From a virus (Duplodnaviria; Caudoviricetes), in IMG/VR virus record IMGVR_UViG_3300049034_000032, positions 1-40,232 of that record: DNA of 40,232 bases; one strand, 5' to 3'. Made by a program: the position numbers and the translations under genes. The notes beneath the pieces were generated by a model. It saw nothing but the letters and a program-made list of their open reading frames with translations, did not search any database and was not told where the DNA came from. Below are positions 26,269 to 35,400 of the stretch, in pieces (positions within the stretch are counted from its first letter, which is position 1; every line of letters starts with the position of its first letter).

Positions 26269-26730
26269 ATGCCTGACGAACGCCTGGGCAGCTTCTTCTG
26301 GCTGTCCGAATTTCTCCGCAGCGACACCGCCACCCGCAAGGGCCTGGCCAACGTGCCCGACGCTGGCGCGCTGGTCAACATCCGCGGCGTGCTCGCGCCG
26401 GGCATGGAGCGCGTGCGCAACCTGCTCGCCGGACCGGTGCACATCACCAGCGGGTACCGCGCGCCCGAGGTGAATCGCGCCGTCGGTGGCTCGGGCGCCA
26501 GCCAGCACTGCCAGGGCCTGGCGGCTGATTTCATCGCTCCCGGCTTCGGCACGCCGCGCTCCATCGCCCGCCACCTCATGACCCACGCGCCCGAGCTGCG
26601 CTTCGACCAGCTCATCTTCGAGGGCACCTGGGTCCACATCAGCTTCGTGCCAGGCAAGGGGCGCGGCGAGGTGCTGACAGCCCATTTCATGGCCGGCCAG
26701 CCGGTGACTTACTCGCGCGGGGTGGCGTGA
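26269..26730 (+). CDS. Endolysin, peptidase M15 family
   Basis: ITSGYR, SQH...AAD and WVHIS zinc-peptidase motifs. Confidence 0.9.
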   Translation: MPDERLGSFFWLSEFLRSDTATRKGLANVPDAGALVNIRGVLAPGMERVRNLLAGPVHITSGYRAPEVNRAVGGSGASQHCQGLAADFIAPGFGTPRSIARHLMTHAPELRFDQLIFEGTWVHISFVPGKGRGEVLTAHFMAGQPVTYSRGVA

Positions 26731-27080
26731 TGCTTCCCTCCTGGTCGATCGCTACGGCCGTTGCGGTCGCCGCCATCGCCGGCGCCTACCTGCACGGTCA
26801 CCGCACGGGCGACGAGGCGGCCCGCGCCGAGCTGGCGGCGGTCGCTGACGCCCAGCGCGAAAGCGACCGCCTGCGCGCCCGCGCCGCTGCGACCGACTAC
26901 GAGGCCCGCAGAGCCGCCAATGCCCGCCGCGCCATCCAGCCATCACCGGAGTCCCGATATGCGCTCACCGCCACGATCTGCCCGCCTGCCGGGGCATTTG
27001 GTCGCCCGCTGGAGCTGGGCGACGTGCCTATCCCTGGCGCTGTGCTCGACCGGCTGCGCCACGCGGGCGCCGACTACTAG
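26727..27080 (+). CDS. i-spanin (Rz-like)
   Basis: N-terminal TM helix followed by an Ala/Arg-rich helix; follows the endolysin. Confidence 0.75.
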   Translation: MMLPSWSIATAVAVAAIAGAYLHGHRTGDEAARAELAAVADAQRESDRLRARAAATDYEARRAANARRAIQPSPESRYALTATICPPAGAFGRPLELGDVPIPGAVLDRLRHAGADY

Positions 27081-27255
27081 CCGCGTGGACCCGCCGCCCG
27101 CTGGCCTGGCGGTGCCATGCCAGGCCGGGCCTGACTACCCGGCGGGCGCCTCCGCGCCGCTGCGCGACGTCGTCGAGGTCATCGCGGCTCGCGAGGCTGC
27201 GGCGGCCGATTGCAGGGCGCGTCATGCGGCGCTGGTGAGCGCCTGGCCGCGGTAA
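26959..27255 (+). CDS. o-spanin (Rz1-like lipoprotein), overlapping Rz in another frame
   Basis: GGAG RBS; lipobox LALCSTG-C; Pro-rich; C-terminal DCRARHAALV. Confidence 0.78.
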   Translation: MRSPPRSARLPGHLVARWSWATCLSLALCSTGCATRAPTTSRVDPPPAGLAVPCQAGPDYPAGASAPLRDVVEVIAAREAAAADCRARHAALVSAWPR

Positions 27256-27262
27256 TGCCGCA

Positions 27263-27466
27263 ATGGTCGAGGTGCACTACTACCTCGCCGGCCGGCTGCT
27301 GCTGGTCGACGTCGGCGACCCGCCGCGGCGCGGTGACGAGGTCGGGCTATTTGACGCGGTCTACGAGGCCGTCCGCGTCGTCTGGCATAGGCCCATGTGC
27401 CCGCCCGACGTGGTGCGCGTGCACCTCGCGCTGCGGCAGGGCGAGGCGATCATGCTCGGCGCGTGA
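27263..27466 (+). CDS. Hypothetical protein (67 aa)
   Basis: ORF fills the gap after the spanins with a plausible composition. Confidence 0.55.
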   Translation: MVEVHYYLAGRLLLVDVGDPPRRGDEVGLFDAVYEAVRVVWHRPMCPPDVVRVHLALRQGEAIMLGA

Positions 27467-27812
27467 CTGCCTGCCTGTCGCGCCAGGCCATCGGGGGATT
27501 GTTCGGATCCAGCACCAGCCGCACCCACCACCGTTGCGGGAACTTTCCCCCGCCCGTCTGCCGGCCCTTCGCATCCTGCCGCTGCCAGCCTGACAGCACC
27601 AGGTGCACCCCGCGCCAGCGCTCGATGCGCGCGCTGTACAGCGTCTCCAGCTGGAATGGCCGTATGTCCGCGTGCACCTTGGGCCGATCCAGATCGCGGT
27701 CGGTCCACAGGCAATCCAGCTGGATGCAACCCCGCACCGGCGCCGCGGCCAGCACCTCTTCACGCGGCCGCGGTTGCCCGTGCCAATCCAGTTCAACAAC
27801 ATCCACCAGCAT
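27450..27812 (-). CDS. Hypothetical protein, probably SOS-inducible
   Basis: ATG at 27812 lies 2 nt from a LexA box. Confidence 0.7.
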   Translation of the reverse strand: MLVDVVELDWHGQPRPREEVLAAAPVRGCIQLDCLWTDRDLDRPKVHADIRPFQLETLYSARIERWRGVHLVLSGWQRQDAKGRQTGGGKFPQRWWVRLVLDPNNPPMAWRDRQAVTRRA

Positions 27813-27814
27813 AG

Positions 27815-27830
27815 CTGTAGTTTTATACAG
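27815..27830. promoter_or_regulatory. LexA (SOS) box
   Basis: CTGTAGTTTTATACAG = CTGT-N8-ACAG with an AT-rich spacer. Confidence 0.85.
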
Positions 27831-27902
27831 CACGTGCGGGGTTAGGATGGCCGCTAAGTGCGTTCAAGTGGCATTTGCTCAATTGAACTGCGCGCGGGCC
27901 AC

Positions 27903-28153
27903 CTCGGGGGTAACTCAAGGGGTAACTAGTGGCTGGAATACTGGCTGACGCCCTATAAGTTGATTCCCCCCGGCTCCACCATGTACCCCTCCGTGAACGT
28001 TCGCACACGTTCACGGAGCCGCCTGAAAATGCGGGTTTCATAGGGGGAACGAGTTCGCACCAGTGCGACTCATTCCGCTACCATCCGCCCCGCTCGGGGG
28101 TAACTTTGGGGGTAACTTTGCCGCCCGCCCGCGGGCGTGTCTGGAGTTACCCC
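27903..28153. other. attP: tmRNA-3'-end core flanked by integrase arm-type sites
   Basis: Core GATTCCCCCCGGCTCCACCA (27962-27981); GGGGTAACT at 27907, 27919, 28097, 28109 and inverted at 28145; 12-bp IR at 27989-28018. Confidence 0.88.
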
Positions 28154-28154
28154 T

Positions 28155-29417
28155 GTGGCCACGAACAAGCTCAGCGATGCCGCCATTCGGCGGGCCGTCG
28201 CCCCTCAAGGCAAGACGCTGAAACTCTCAGACGGCGATGGTTTGCGTCTGGAGGTGCGTGATACCGGGGCGAAGTATTGGCGGCTCAAATACTATTTCGC
28301 TGGCGCTGAGAAGTTGCTGTCGATGGGCGTGTATCCCGAGGTGGGCCTCGGCGAAGCGCGGCGACGGCGTGACGAGGCCCGGCAGAAGCTGGCGGAAGGC
28401 GTGGATCCCAGCGTCGCGCGACAGGCGGACAAGGCCGCCCAGATGGCTGCGGCCCTGGTGGCGCGTGAGGTTGCGGCCGGCGGGCCGACGCCGGGCTCGT
28501 TCCGCTGGCTGGCGGAAAAGTGGTTGGACGAGGTGCATGCGCACAAGGTGTCCGCCGCGCAGGTGGTCAAAATCCGCCGCTGGCTGGAGCTCTACGCCTA
28601 CCCGGACCTCGGCGAGCGGCCGGCCGACGACATCGAGCCGCCCGAGTTGCTGACCACGCTGCAGCCGGTGGTGGCCCAGGGCACCATCGAGACGGCGCAC
28701 CGGGTGAAAAACGCATGCGGGCAGGTCTTCCGCTACGGGGTGGCGTCAGGCGTCTGCAAGCGCAACCCGGCGGCCGACCTGGCCGACGCCTTGCCGACGA
28801 CCGTCGTGACGCATCACGCGTCCATCGTGACGCCGACGGAGGTGGGCGCGCTGCTGCGCGACATGGATGCCTATGTTGGTCACCCGGTGACGTGTGCGGC
28901 GCTGCAGCTCTCGGCTCTGCTGATCCTGCGGCCCGGCGAGTTGCGGCACCTGGAGTGGGCCTGGGTGGACCTGGCCGGCGCGATGGTGTCGGTGCCGCCA
29001 GTGCGCATGAAGGGCTCGCTGCAGCAGAAGATCTCCGGCGGCGCGCACCTGGTGCCGCTGGCCAGCCAGGCCGTCCAGGTGCTGGAGAAGCTGCAGGCCA
29101 TCACTGGCCGCGGCCGCTACGTGTTCCCAGCCGTGACGTCATCGACGCGCTGCATGAGCGAGAACACCGTGCGCAGCGCGCTGCGCCGCCTGGGCTATGA
29201 CAACGAAGAGATGAGTGCGCACGGCTTCCGCGCGATGGCGCGGACGATGGGTGCCGAGCGGCTGGATGTCGGCGGTGATGTCATCGACGCCCAGCTGGCC
29301 CACGCCGTGCGGGACGCCAACGGCCGGGCCTACAACCGGACCAAGTTCCTGGATCAGCGACGCGCCTTCATGCAGGCCTGGGCCGACTACCTCGACGGAC
29401 TGCGGGCGGCCAAGTAG
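28155..29417 (+). CDS. int: Phage integrase, P4-like tyrosine recombinase with arm-binding domain
   Basis: N-terminal LSDGDGLRL...GVYPEVGL; catalytic LRPGE, AHGFR, QLAH, AYN; GGAG RBS before GTG 28155. Confidence 0.95.
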   Translation: MATNKLSDAAIRRAVAPQGKTLKLSDGDGLRLEVRDTGAKYWRLKYYFAGAEKLLSMGVYPEVGLGEARRRRDEARQKLAEGVDPSVARQADKAAQMAAALVAREVAAGGPTPGSFRWLAEKWLDEVHAHKVSAAQVVKIRRWLELYAYPDLGERPADDIEPPELLTTLQPVVAQGTIETAHRVKNACGQVFRYGVASGVCKRNPAADLADALPTTVVTHHASIVTPTEVGALLRDMDAYVGHPVTCAALQLSALLILRPGELRHLEWAWVDLAGAMVSVPPVRMKGSLQQKISGGAHLVPLASQAVQVLEKLQAITGRGRYVFPAVTSSTRCMSENTVRSALRRLGYDNEEMSAHGFRAMARTMGAERLDVGGDVIDAQLAHAVRDANGRAYNRTKFLDQRRAFMQAWADYLDGLRAAK

Positions 29418-29447
29418 CCGGCAAGCCGCCAGTTCGAAGGGTGGGAT

Positions 29448-29972
29448 TCAGGCGGCGGCCAGCTGGCGATTGACCAGTGCGTCCCACATGCGCAGGTTGG
29501 CGAGGCGGGCGATGTCGATGGCGTCTTTCGCGGCGATGGGCTGGGCGTCCTTGCAGGGCTTCGCCATGCGCTCGACGAAGGGGCCGCGGCCGTCGAGCAG
29601 GATCACGCCCGACATCGGCGACGGCAGGAACTCGACCAGCTCGGGCTTCCAGATCTCGCGCGGCATGGCGAAGTAGTGCTTCCAGACCTTGCGGGGCCAG
29701 TCGTCGTGCTCGCGATGGGTCCACCAGTCCAGGCCGCGCGCGCGGGCCTCTTCGACCGGGATCCGGTGCCACCACTTGTCCTTCGCGGCGTCGCGCTTGA
29801 AGTCGGCGCGGCTGATCTTGATCTCGACATCGATGATGCGCATGGACTTGTGGACGACCAGCAGGTCGCACTCGTGGCCGGTCCAGTTGCACTCAGGGAC
29901 GAGGATCAGCGCCTGCCGCTGGAACGTCTGGTGCATGAGCTGGCGGATCTGAAAGGCAGTCAGCATGTGCAT
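29448..29972 (-). CDS. PD-(D/E)xK nuclease-fold protein (MmcB-like)
   Basis: ECDLL...DVEIKISRADF.RD..KDKW. Confidence 0.65.
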   Translation of the reverse strand: MHMLTAFQIRQLMHQTFQRQALILVPECNWTGHECDLLVVHKSMRIIDVEIKISRADFKRDAAKDKWWHRIPVEEARARGLDWWTHREHDDWPRKVWKHYFAMPREIWKPELVEFLPSPMSGVILLDGRGPFVERMAKPCKDAQPIAAKDAIDIARLANLRMWDALVNRQLAAA

Positions 29973-29990
29973 CTTCCGTACATGGGAAAG

Positions 29991-30182
29991 TCAGTTGGCG
30001 GGCGCGGGTGGCAGAACCTCGACGCCAATAAGCTCGCGCACGTCATAGCTGCCGGCGTGGTCGTGGCCGCCGCCGGTAAGCGCGGCTTCCAGTTCCGGCA
30101 CGTTCACGTCAAACGTCTCAAAGGTGCTGGTGCCCACGGTGCGGCCGTTGTCCATGTGGCGCTTGATGATGAAGCGGATCAC
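29991..30182 (-). CDS. Hypothetical protein (63 aa)
   Basis: GTGA-coupled to the upstream gene; operon context. Confidence 0.6.
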   Translation of the reverse strand: MIRFIIKRHMDNGRTVGTSTFETFDVNVPELEAALTGGGHDHAGSYDVRELIGVEVLPPAPAN

Positions 30183-31450
30183 GGCTGCTCCTTCGCCAGG
30201 GCGCCGCGGACGCCTTCGATGAGAACGCTGCTGTCGATGGACCCGGCGGTCGAGTCAAGCCAGCGTTTCTTGGCGGGCGAGTAGAAGCGTTGGAACTTGA
30301 CGCCAGCGGCTTGCAGGCACTTGATGATCTGCTCATCCGTCAGCGGCTCGGCGGCCGGCGCCTGGGCGAGGGCGGCGCGGGCTTGCCACGCTTCCAGCAT
30401 CCAACTGCGCAGGCCCAGCGACCAGTTCTCGCTCGGCTCGGGGCCGCGGTCTTTGGCGCAGCCGGACTTCACCCACGACTCGCGGCGGTATCGCTGAAAC
30501 CACGCCTCAAATGCCGTCAGCTCGTCTTCCACCCCCTGCGCGGGCTGATGGGAAAGGCGCCTGGCGGCTTCGCGCAGCGTCTCCACAACGCCAAGGACCG
30601 GCTCGTCGGCCTTGAAATCGGGGCGGCCCATGGCGAGGTACAGCTCTCCGACTGCGGTCAGCCACTCGCCCATGGCGGCATTGAACTCTGGCTTGGCCGC
30701 CACCGGCGCGCCGGCAACCGCGAATGCGCGCTCCAGCGCCGCGTGCGCAAGGTCGCGGGACTTCGCCTGACAGTAGGGCGCCACCGCGTCGATCATGGCG
30801 TCCGTGATGCGTGCGCGCTGCGCTGCGACCTGCGCGAAGTTGTCGCCCTTGGTAGGCGCCTCGCGCTCCCCAACCGTCAGGGATGGGGCGACCTGTTGTG
30901 CCAGTGCGTGAAGGAGGCAGCGGACTTGGGTGTCAGGCATCGTCCGGACAAGCCGATTAGCGGCGTTGACGACCCAGGCCAAGTTGGCGAAATCGCAGTC
31001 TTCTTCCTCGTACTGCTTCAGCAATTCGTTGATCGGCGTGTTGGGCTCGGCCTGCTGTGCCTGGGCGGCGCGAAAGCCGGTCGCAAACGATCCGACCAGC
31101 TCGCCTTTCTGCACGGCGTCGAGCACCTCGACGGTGGGCTCCCATCTATCCCACGGGCTCCGCTGTGTCGGGATAGCAGCAAGCATGGCAGACCAGACCG
31201 CGGCAGGGTCGCCGCCACCGTTGTCGTCGCCGCAGCACATGCAAGCCGGGCCACCGGCGCCAGCCGCTGCCTCCATCTCAGGCGTAGCCTCCACCGGCAC
31301 CAGCTTCCAGCCAGCCGGCGCCACCTGGGCGCGCAGCCGCTCGACCTCGGCGGCCAGGGCGTCCACGGTGTCGGCGTAGTAGGCCGGGATGTTCAGGTTG
31401 CGCAGCGACTGGGCTTCGCGCCGGGCTTGGGCAAGATCGGGAGTGGTCAT
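30179..31450 (-). CDS. Mosaic phage early hypothetical protein
   Basis: Short modules common in phage early proteins (GWKLVPVEATPEM, AFEAW...W.AWQARAA, PLTDEQI). Confidence 0.7.
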   Translation of the reverse strand: MTTPDLAQARREAQSLRNLNIPAYYADTVDALAAEVERLRAQVAPAGWKLVPVEATPEMEAAAGAGGPACMCCGDDNGGGDPAAVWSAMLAAIPTQRSPWDRWEPTVEVLDAVQKGELVGSFATGFRAAQAQQAEPNTPINELLKQYEEEDCDFANLAWVVNAANRLVRTMPDTQVRCLLHALAQQVAPSLTVGEREAPTKGDNFAQVAAQRARITDAMIDAVAPYCQAKSRDLAHAALERAFAVAGAPVAAKPEFNAAMGEWLTAVGELYLAMGRPDFKADEPVLGVVETLREAARRLSHQPAQGVEDELTAFEAWFQRYRRESWVKSGCAKDRGPEPSENWSLGLRSWMLEAWQARAALAQAPAAEPLTDEQIIKCLQAAGVKFQRFYSPAKKRWLDSTAGSIDSSVLIEGVRGALAKEQP

Positions 31451-31460
31451 GGTCAGACTC

Positions 31461-31985
31461 TCAAGCGGGGGAAGGGATTTCGGCGGTGGCCGGGGCGGTG
31501 GCGGCGTCGATCAGCGCAATCGCCCTGTCGTAATCGCGCAGCGCATCGGCCACGTCAGGGGGAATCCACACGTCCTCGGCGACCCAGACCAGGCCGTGCG
31601 CAACTGCGTCTTCGACTTGCGACCCGTGCACCTGGTGGCAATCCACGAAGCCCTGGCGGTCGGTGGCCAGGATGTCGCGCGCGTTCTTGCAGGCGGCACG
31701 CAGCGCGTCGCGCTCGGCGGTGAGCTTCTCGGCGGCCCGCAAGACGTGGCCGTTGGCGTCGGCGTAGCTGGAGGGCAGGCAGTTCAGCGCGCGGGCCACG
31801 GACCACACGGTGGACCGCCACTGGTCGGCGGTGCGGCCGAAGGTCCAGAACTCGCCCAGCCAATGACCCTCGGGCGCCGGGGATTCATTCTGGGCGCCCA
31901 GGGCGATTGCGCCGGATATCGTGACCGCCACGCGCTCACGGATGCCGGACGTGTCGGCGTCCATGCTGTAGGGTTTGTTTTTCAT
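31461..31985 (-). CDS. Hypothetical protein
   Basis: Tiles the leftward operon. Confidence 0.65.
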   Translation of the reverse strand: MKNKPYSMDADTSGIRERVAVTISGAIALGAQNESPAPEGHWLGEFWTFGRTADQWRSTVWSVARALNCLPSSYADANGHVLRAAEKLTAERDALRAACKNARDILATDRQGFVDCHQVHGSQVEDAVAHGLVWVAEDVWIPPDVADALRDYDRAIALIDAATAPATAEIPSPA

Positions 31986-32009
31986 GATGAGTTCCGGGGG
32001 CTTGGAAGG

Positions 32010-32495
32010 TCAGGGCTTCGGCGCGTGAATCGTGATATCGCGCTGCTTGCCGCCATCCACGGTGATCGCCTTGTCCACGTCGTGGCCAGCGCGGCGAACC
32101 ATCTCGACCGTGAGGCCAACGAAGGCGCCGGTTATCACGATCAACACATCGGCAGCAGGTGCCTCGTCCAGCGCGTCGGAGATGGCCTGGCCAAGCCTAT
32201 CGATCGGCGCAGCGCCAGAGGCGTAGACCCGTTCGATGCTCACGCCGCCGATCTCGAACTCGATCTCGTACAGACTGCCGCGCTCGTCTTCGACGTGCTC
32301 GTCATAGTCGGTCTTGAGGCGGTCCAGCGTCACCGTGCCGTCGTAGTCGGTCGCGTCTTCAGCGCCCAGCCACTCGCGGACCATGAAGCGGCGCACGCCC
32401 TCCCAGCCGCTCACCAGCTCGGCGGCCGGCAGGTCTGTTTCTCCCCAGGCGCGGCACAGGAAGGTTTCAGGGGCTTTCGGGTCAGTTGTGGGCAT
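32010..32495 (-). CDS. Hypothetical protein
   Basis: GGAG RBS; tiles the leftward operon. Confidence 0.65.
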   Translation of the reverse strand: MPTTDPKAPETFLCRAWGETDLPAAELVSGWEGVRRFMVREWLGAEDATDYDGTVTLDRLKTDYDEHVEDERGSLYEIEFEIGGVSIERVYASGAAPIDRLGQAISDALDEAPAADVLIVITGAFVGLTVEMVRRAGHDVDKAITVDGGKQRDITIHAPKP

Positions 32496-32526
32496 GGTCT
32501 ATCTCCAGGCTTCGTACATCGAAAAG

Positions 32527-33354
32527 TTAGACGCGGGCCAGGTCGTGGTCGCGCGGGACGGAGAAGCCGGCGGCGTGCTTGTGTCCGCCGCCGCCGTACT
32601 GGCCGGCGATCAGCGACACGTCGGCGCCATCCGGCCGGCTGCGAAGGCTGAAGCAGCGCCGCTGCTCGGTGTCGAAGTAGGTCGCGGCGAAGGGCTGGCC
32701 GTCGTCGAGCACATGGCCGGCGTCGCTCGCCAGGAAGCCCGGGACGTTGGCGGCCGGCACCTCGACGCCACCGATGACCATGCGGCGCTGGGTGGAGCGC
32801 ACGGCGTCAGCGACCTGCTTCTCCACCAGGCGCACCAGCGCCTCACCCTGGGCCAGCGCAATGGTCTGCTGGGTGACGTTGCCCAGCATGATCTCGTCCC
32901 ACTTCTCGAAGGTGTGCGGGATGCTGCCCAGATAGGCGTGGGAGGCCTTCGTCTCGACGAAGCTGAAGCGCCACAGGTCGCGATCCTCGACGAAGCCCAG
33001 GAAGCGCGGGCGTTGCTGGCTCGGGAACAGGAAGTCCCAGGCCATGCCCGCGCCGCTGCGCTGCATGTCGAAGTGGACGTGCAGGCGGGGATGCTCCAGG
33101 CCGGCCAGCGCCGCCTCGGCCGACTGGTGGTGATCCAGCACCGTGACGCCGGCCGCGACCTCAGCCATCGCCAGCAGCTTGTCGCGGGGATAGCTGAAGT
33201 CCACCACGTAGACCTGGCGGCCAGTCACGTCGGGCGGCTCCTGGCCGTAGCTGGCCGGCAGAAAGTCGAACGTGTCGGGCGCGGCGTGATGGAAGCACCA
33301 GGCGGCCGTGAAGCCATCGGTGCAGTTCGCGTGATAGATGACGAGTTGCTTCAT
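32527..33354 (-). CDS. DHH/DHHA1 family phosphoesterase
   Basis: YHANCTDG, VDFSY, LDHH, DRDLW, GGGGHKHAAG. Confidence 0.9.
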   Translation of the reverse strand: MKQLVIYHANCTDGFTAAWCFHHAAPDTFDFLPASYGQEPPDVTGRQVYVVDFSYPRDKLLAMAEVAAGVTVLDHHQSAEAALAGLEHPRLHVHFDMQRSGAGMAWDFLFPSQQRPRFLGFVEDRDLWRFSFVETKASHAYLGSIPHTFEKWDEIMLGNVTQQTIALAQGEALVRLVEKQVADAVRSTQRRMVIGGVEVPAANVPGFLASDAGHVLDDGQPFAATYFDTEQRRCFSLRSRPDGADVSLIAGQYGGGGHKHAAGFSVPRDHDLARV

Positions 33355-33380
33355 GATGGATGAGTTCGAAGGGTTGAAGG

Positions 33381-33626
33381 TCAGGCCGGCTCGCCGCGCA
33401 GGAGCTTCCAGTCGGTGCTGTACGGCGCTGACTTTTTGACCAGCGCCACCAGTTCATCGAAGTGCTTTTGCGCCTCGTTGACAGCGTTGATCGCGGCTGT
33501 CTCTTCCCGCTTAGCGCCGGCCAGGCGGTTGCGGACCACGTCGAGTCGGTCATTCGCGACGGCGCAAGCCGCTACGGCGTTGGCAAGCTGCGTGTTCACG
33601 CTGCCTTTGGTTGGGTCGATGCTCAT
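33381..33626 (-). CDS. Hypothetical coiled-coil protein
   Basis: AGGA RBS; operon context. Confidence 0.65.
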   Translation of the reverse strand: MSIDPTKGSVNTQLANAVAACAVANDRLDVVRNRLAGAKREETAAINAVNEAQKHFDELVALVKKSAPYSTDWKLLRGEPA

Positions 33627-33641
33627 GGGTTTCCTTGAGGC

Positions 33642-33917
33642 TTAAGGGCGGGGCGCGGAAGCGCCCGCATAGCACTTGATGTCAACGCCGATGGACTCGA
33701 CGTAGCGGCGCAGATTCCAGTACGCGTCGTGCCAATCCTCTGGCGCCTGGGCAGCGCGAGCCTCCCAGAACGCCCAACACGCCTCTGTCCGATCGTTCAG
33801 GTAGACGCCCTCGCAGCCCGGAGTGCGAGTCAGGTTAAGCGGCTCGTTAATCGAGCGCGCATGCGTTTCGAACGCGTTGCGTTCGGCGGAGGCTTGGTCG
33901 TCGGTGAGTTTGTTCAT
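33642..33917 (-). CDS. Hypothetical protein
   Basis: ERNAFE...W.FWEARAA module. Confidence 0.6.
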   Translation of the reverse strand: MNKLTDDQASAERNAFETHARSINEPLNLTRTPGCEGVYLNDRTEACWAFWEARAAQAPEDWHDAYWNLRRYVESIGVDIKCYAGASAPRP

Positions 33918-33939
33918 GTCCAGTTCCAATCCATGGGAA

Positions 33940-34767
33940 TCAGGCGGCGTTGAAGGTGATGCGGTACTTGCCGCCCTTATCGCGGTGCTCCTGGTCGCAG
34001 TAGCGGCGGAAGGCGCCTTCATGGTCCTCACCGGGCAGCATGTCGATGCTGGTGCCAATCAGGCCGCCCTTCCATGAGCCCTTCTGCGTGCCGACCTCGG
34101 CGCTGAAGTGGATGTCCAGGCTGCGGCGCACCATCGGGCGACGGAACAGCGATAGCCACTTGAACGAGCCTTCGCCGAAGTGCCATTCCCGTTCCTCGAT
34201 GCGCGTCGTGGCCTGGATGACGGCGCCGTCGTAGTCGGTGATGCTGAAGGTCACGGTCGGGCAAGCCGAACGCTGGCGGTCCATCTCTTCCCATTCGCCT
34301 TCCTTCCAGCGCCCGGCCCGCTGCGGCTCGGTCCAGAAGTGCTCGCCGGCCGCGTCATAGAAGCTGTGCCGCACATGGCGCCACTGAGTCCACGGCAGGA
34401 ACTTGCTCCAGCTCTTGGTGGTTGTGCTGTCGTGGGTCTGTGGCCCGAGGAACACCTGCAGGAAGCCGTCGCTGACGCTGAAGCCGTACTCGCGCGGGTG
34501 CGTCTCGTAGTACCAGTTCCGCCCCATGCGCGCCACTGTGGCGGCGTCCCAGGTCTGCGCGATGTGCTTGATGCGGAAGGGCTGCACCAGCGTGGGCAGA
34601 CTGAGCCGCAGCACGCGGCCGAAAGCCCAGGCCGTCAGGCTGTTGCGCGGGCGGGAATCGTCGCCATCGCCCCCGGTGCAAAAGGTCAGGCGCAGCGGGC
34701 GATAGCTGTCCGTCTTGCCCCAGGTGAGCGGGCCAAAGCGGCGGTCGTTGTCGGTTAGTCGAGACAT
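33940..34767 (-). CDS. Hypothetical Trp-rich protein (275 aa)
   Basis: AGGA RBS; long ORF with phage-like codon usage. Confidence 0.75.
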   Translation of the reverse strand: MSRLTDNDRRFGPLTWGKTDSYRPLRLTFCTGGDGDDSRPRNSLTAWAFGRVLRLSLPTLVQPFRIKHIAQTWDAATVARMGRNWYYETHPREYGFSVSDGFLQVFLGPQTHDSTTTKSWSKFLPWTQWRHVRHSFYDAAGEHFWTEPQRAGRWKEGEWEEMDRQRSACPTVTFSITDYDGAVIQATTRIEEREWHFGEGSFKWLSLFRRPMVRRSLDIHFSAEVGTQKGSWKGGLIGTSIDMLPGEDHEGAFRRYCDQEHRDKGGKYRITFNAA

Positions 34768-34792
34768 GGTTTTGTTTTCCTATGGGTGTCGC

Positions 34793-34999
34793 TCAAGGGT
34801 GGGAGACGGTGCCGAGCGCGGCCAGGTAGTCGAAGATCCAGCCGGCTTTCCAGCGCGCCGCCTTGGGGCTCAACTTGATCGGCGCGGGGAAGCGGCCGGC
34901 CTTGATCTCTGCGTAGAGCCAGGTCTTCTGCATCTTGATGCGGGCCAGCACCTCAGAGAGGTCCATCAGCGACTCGCGGTCGAGTTCGGCGGTGGTCAT
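34793..34999 (-). CDS. AlpA-family excisionase / recombination directionality factor
   Basis: LSEVLARIKMQKTWLYAEIKAGRFPAPIKL...RW. Confidence 0.85.
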   Translation of the reverse strand: MTTAELDRESLMDLSEVLARIKMQKTWLYAEIKAGRFPAPIKLSPKAARWKAGWIFDYLAALGTVSHP

Positions 35000-35400
35000 G
35001 CTGCGGCTTTCGGGATGGTGATGTCGGCCAGGGCCGAGCGGGGGACGCTGAACCAGCCGAGCTGGCCCTTGACGGGCACGAAGGGGCAGGGGCGGGCGTC
35101 TGCGAGCACGAAGCCGTAGGGGCCCTGGAAGAAGGGGTTGTCCATCTCGGTGACGACGTCGACCAGCGTGGCCGCGCCTACCAGGCCGCCCTTGGGCAGT
35201 TCCAGGAAGTGCGGCACCTCGATGCCCAGCTCGGCCTTGAGGTGGTCGACGGTGGCCCAGTACTCGCGCTGGACCATGCTGGCACCGGCGTGTATGAGGA
35301 AGCGGCCGCGGAACGTGGTCGACCAGTCGCGGTTTTCCACCGGCTTGTGACCGTTGACGATGAGCCATGCCCACGGTTGGCGGATAGAGAGGGTGCGCAT
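34996..35400 (-). CDS. ASCH domain protein
   Basis: LSIRQPWAWLIVNGHKPVENRDW, KGQLG. Confidence 0.9.
   Translation of the reverse strand: MRTLSIRQPWAWLIVNGHKPVENRDWSTTFRGRFLIHAGASMVQREYWATVDHLKAELGIEVPHFLELPKGGLVGAATLVDVVTEMDNPFFQGPYGFVLADARPCPFVPVKGQLGWFSVPRSALADITIPKAAA

Noticed and set aside
27962-27981. Complete tRNA or tmRNA gene
   Set aside because: Only the 3' ~20 nt are present; upstream sequence cannot form the T-arm or acceptor stem
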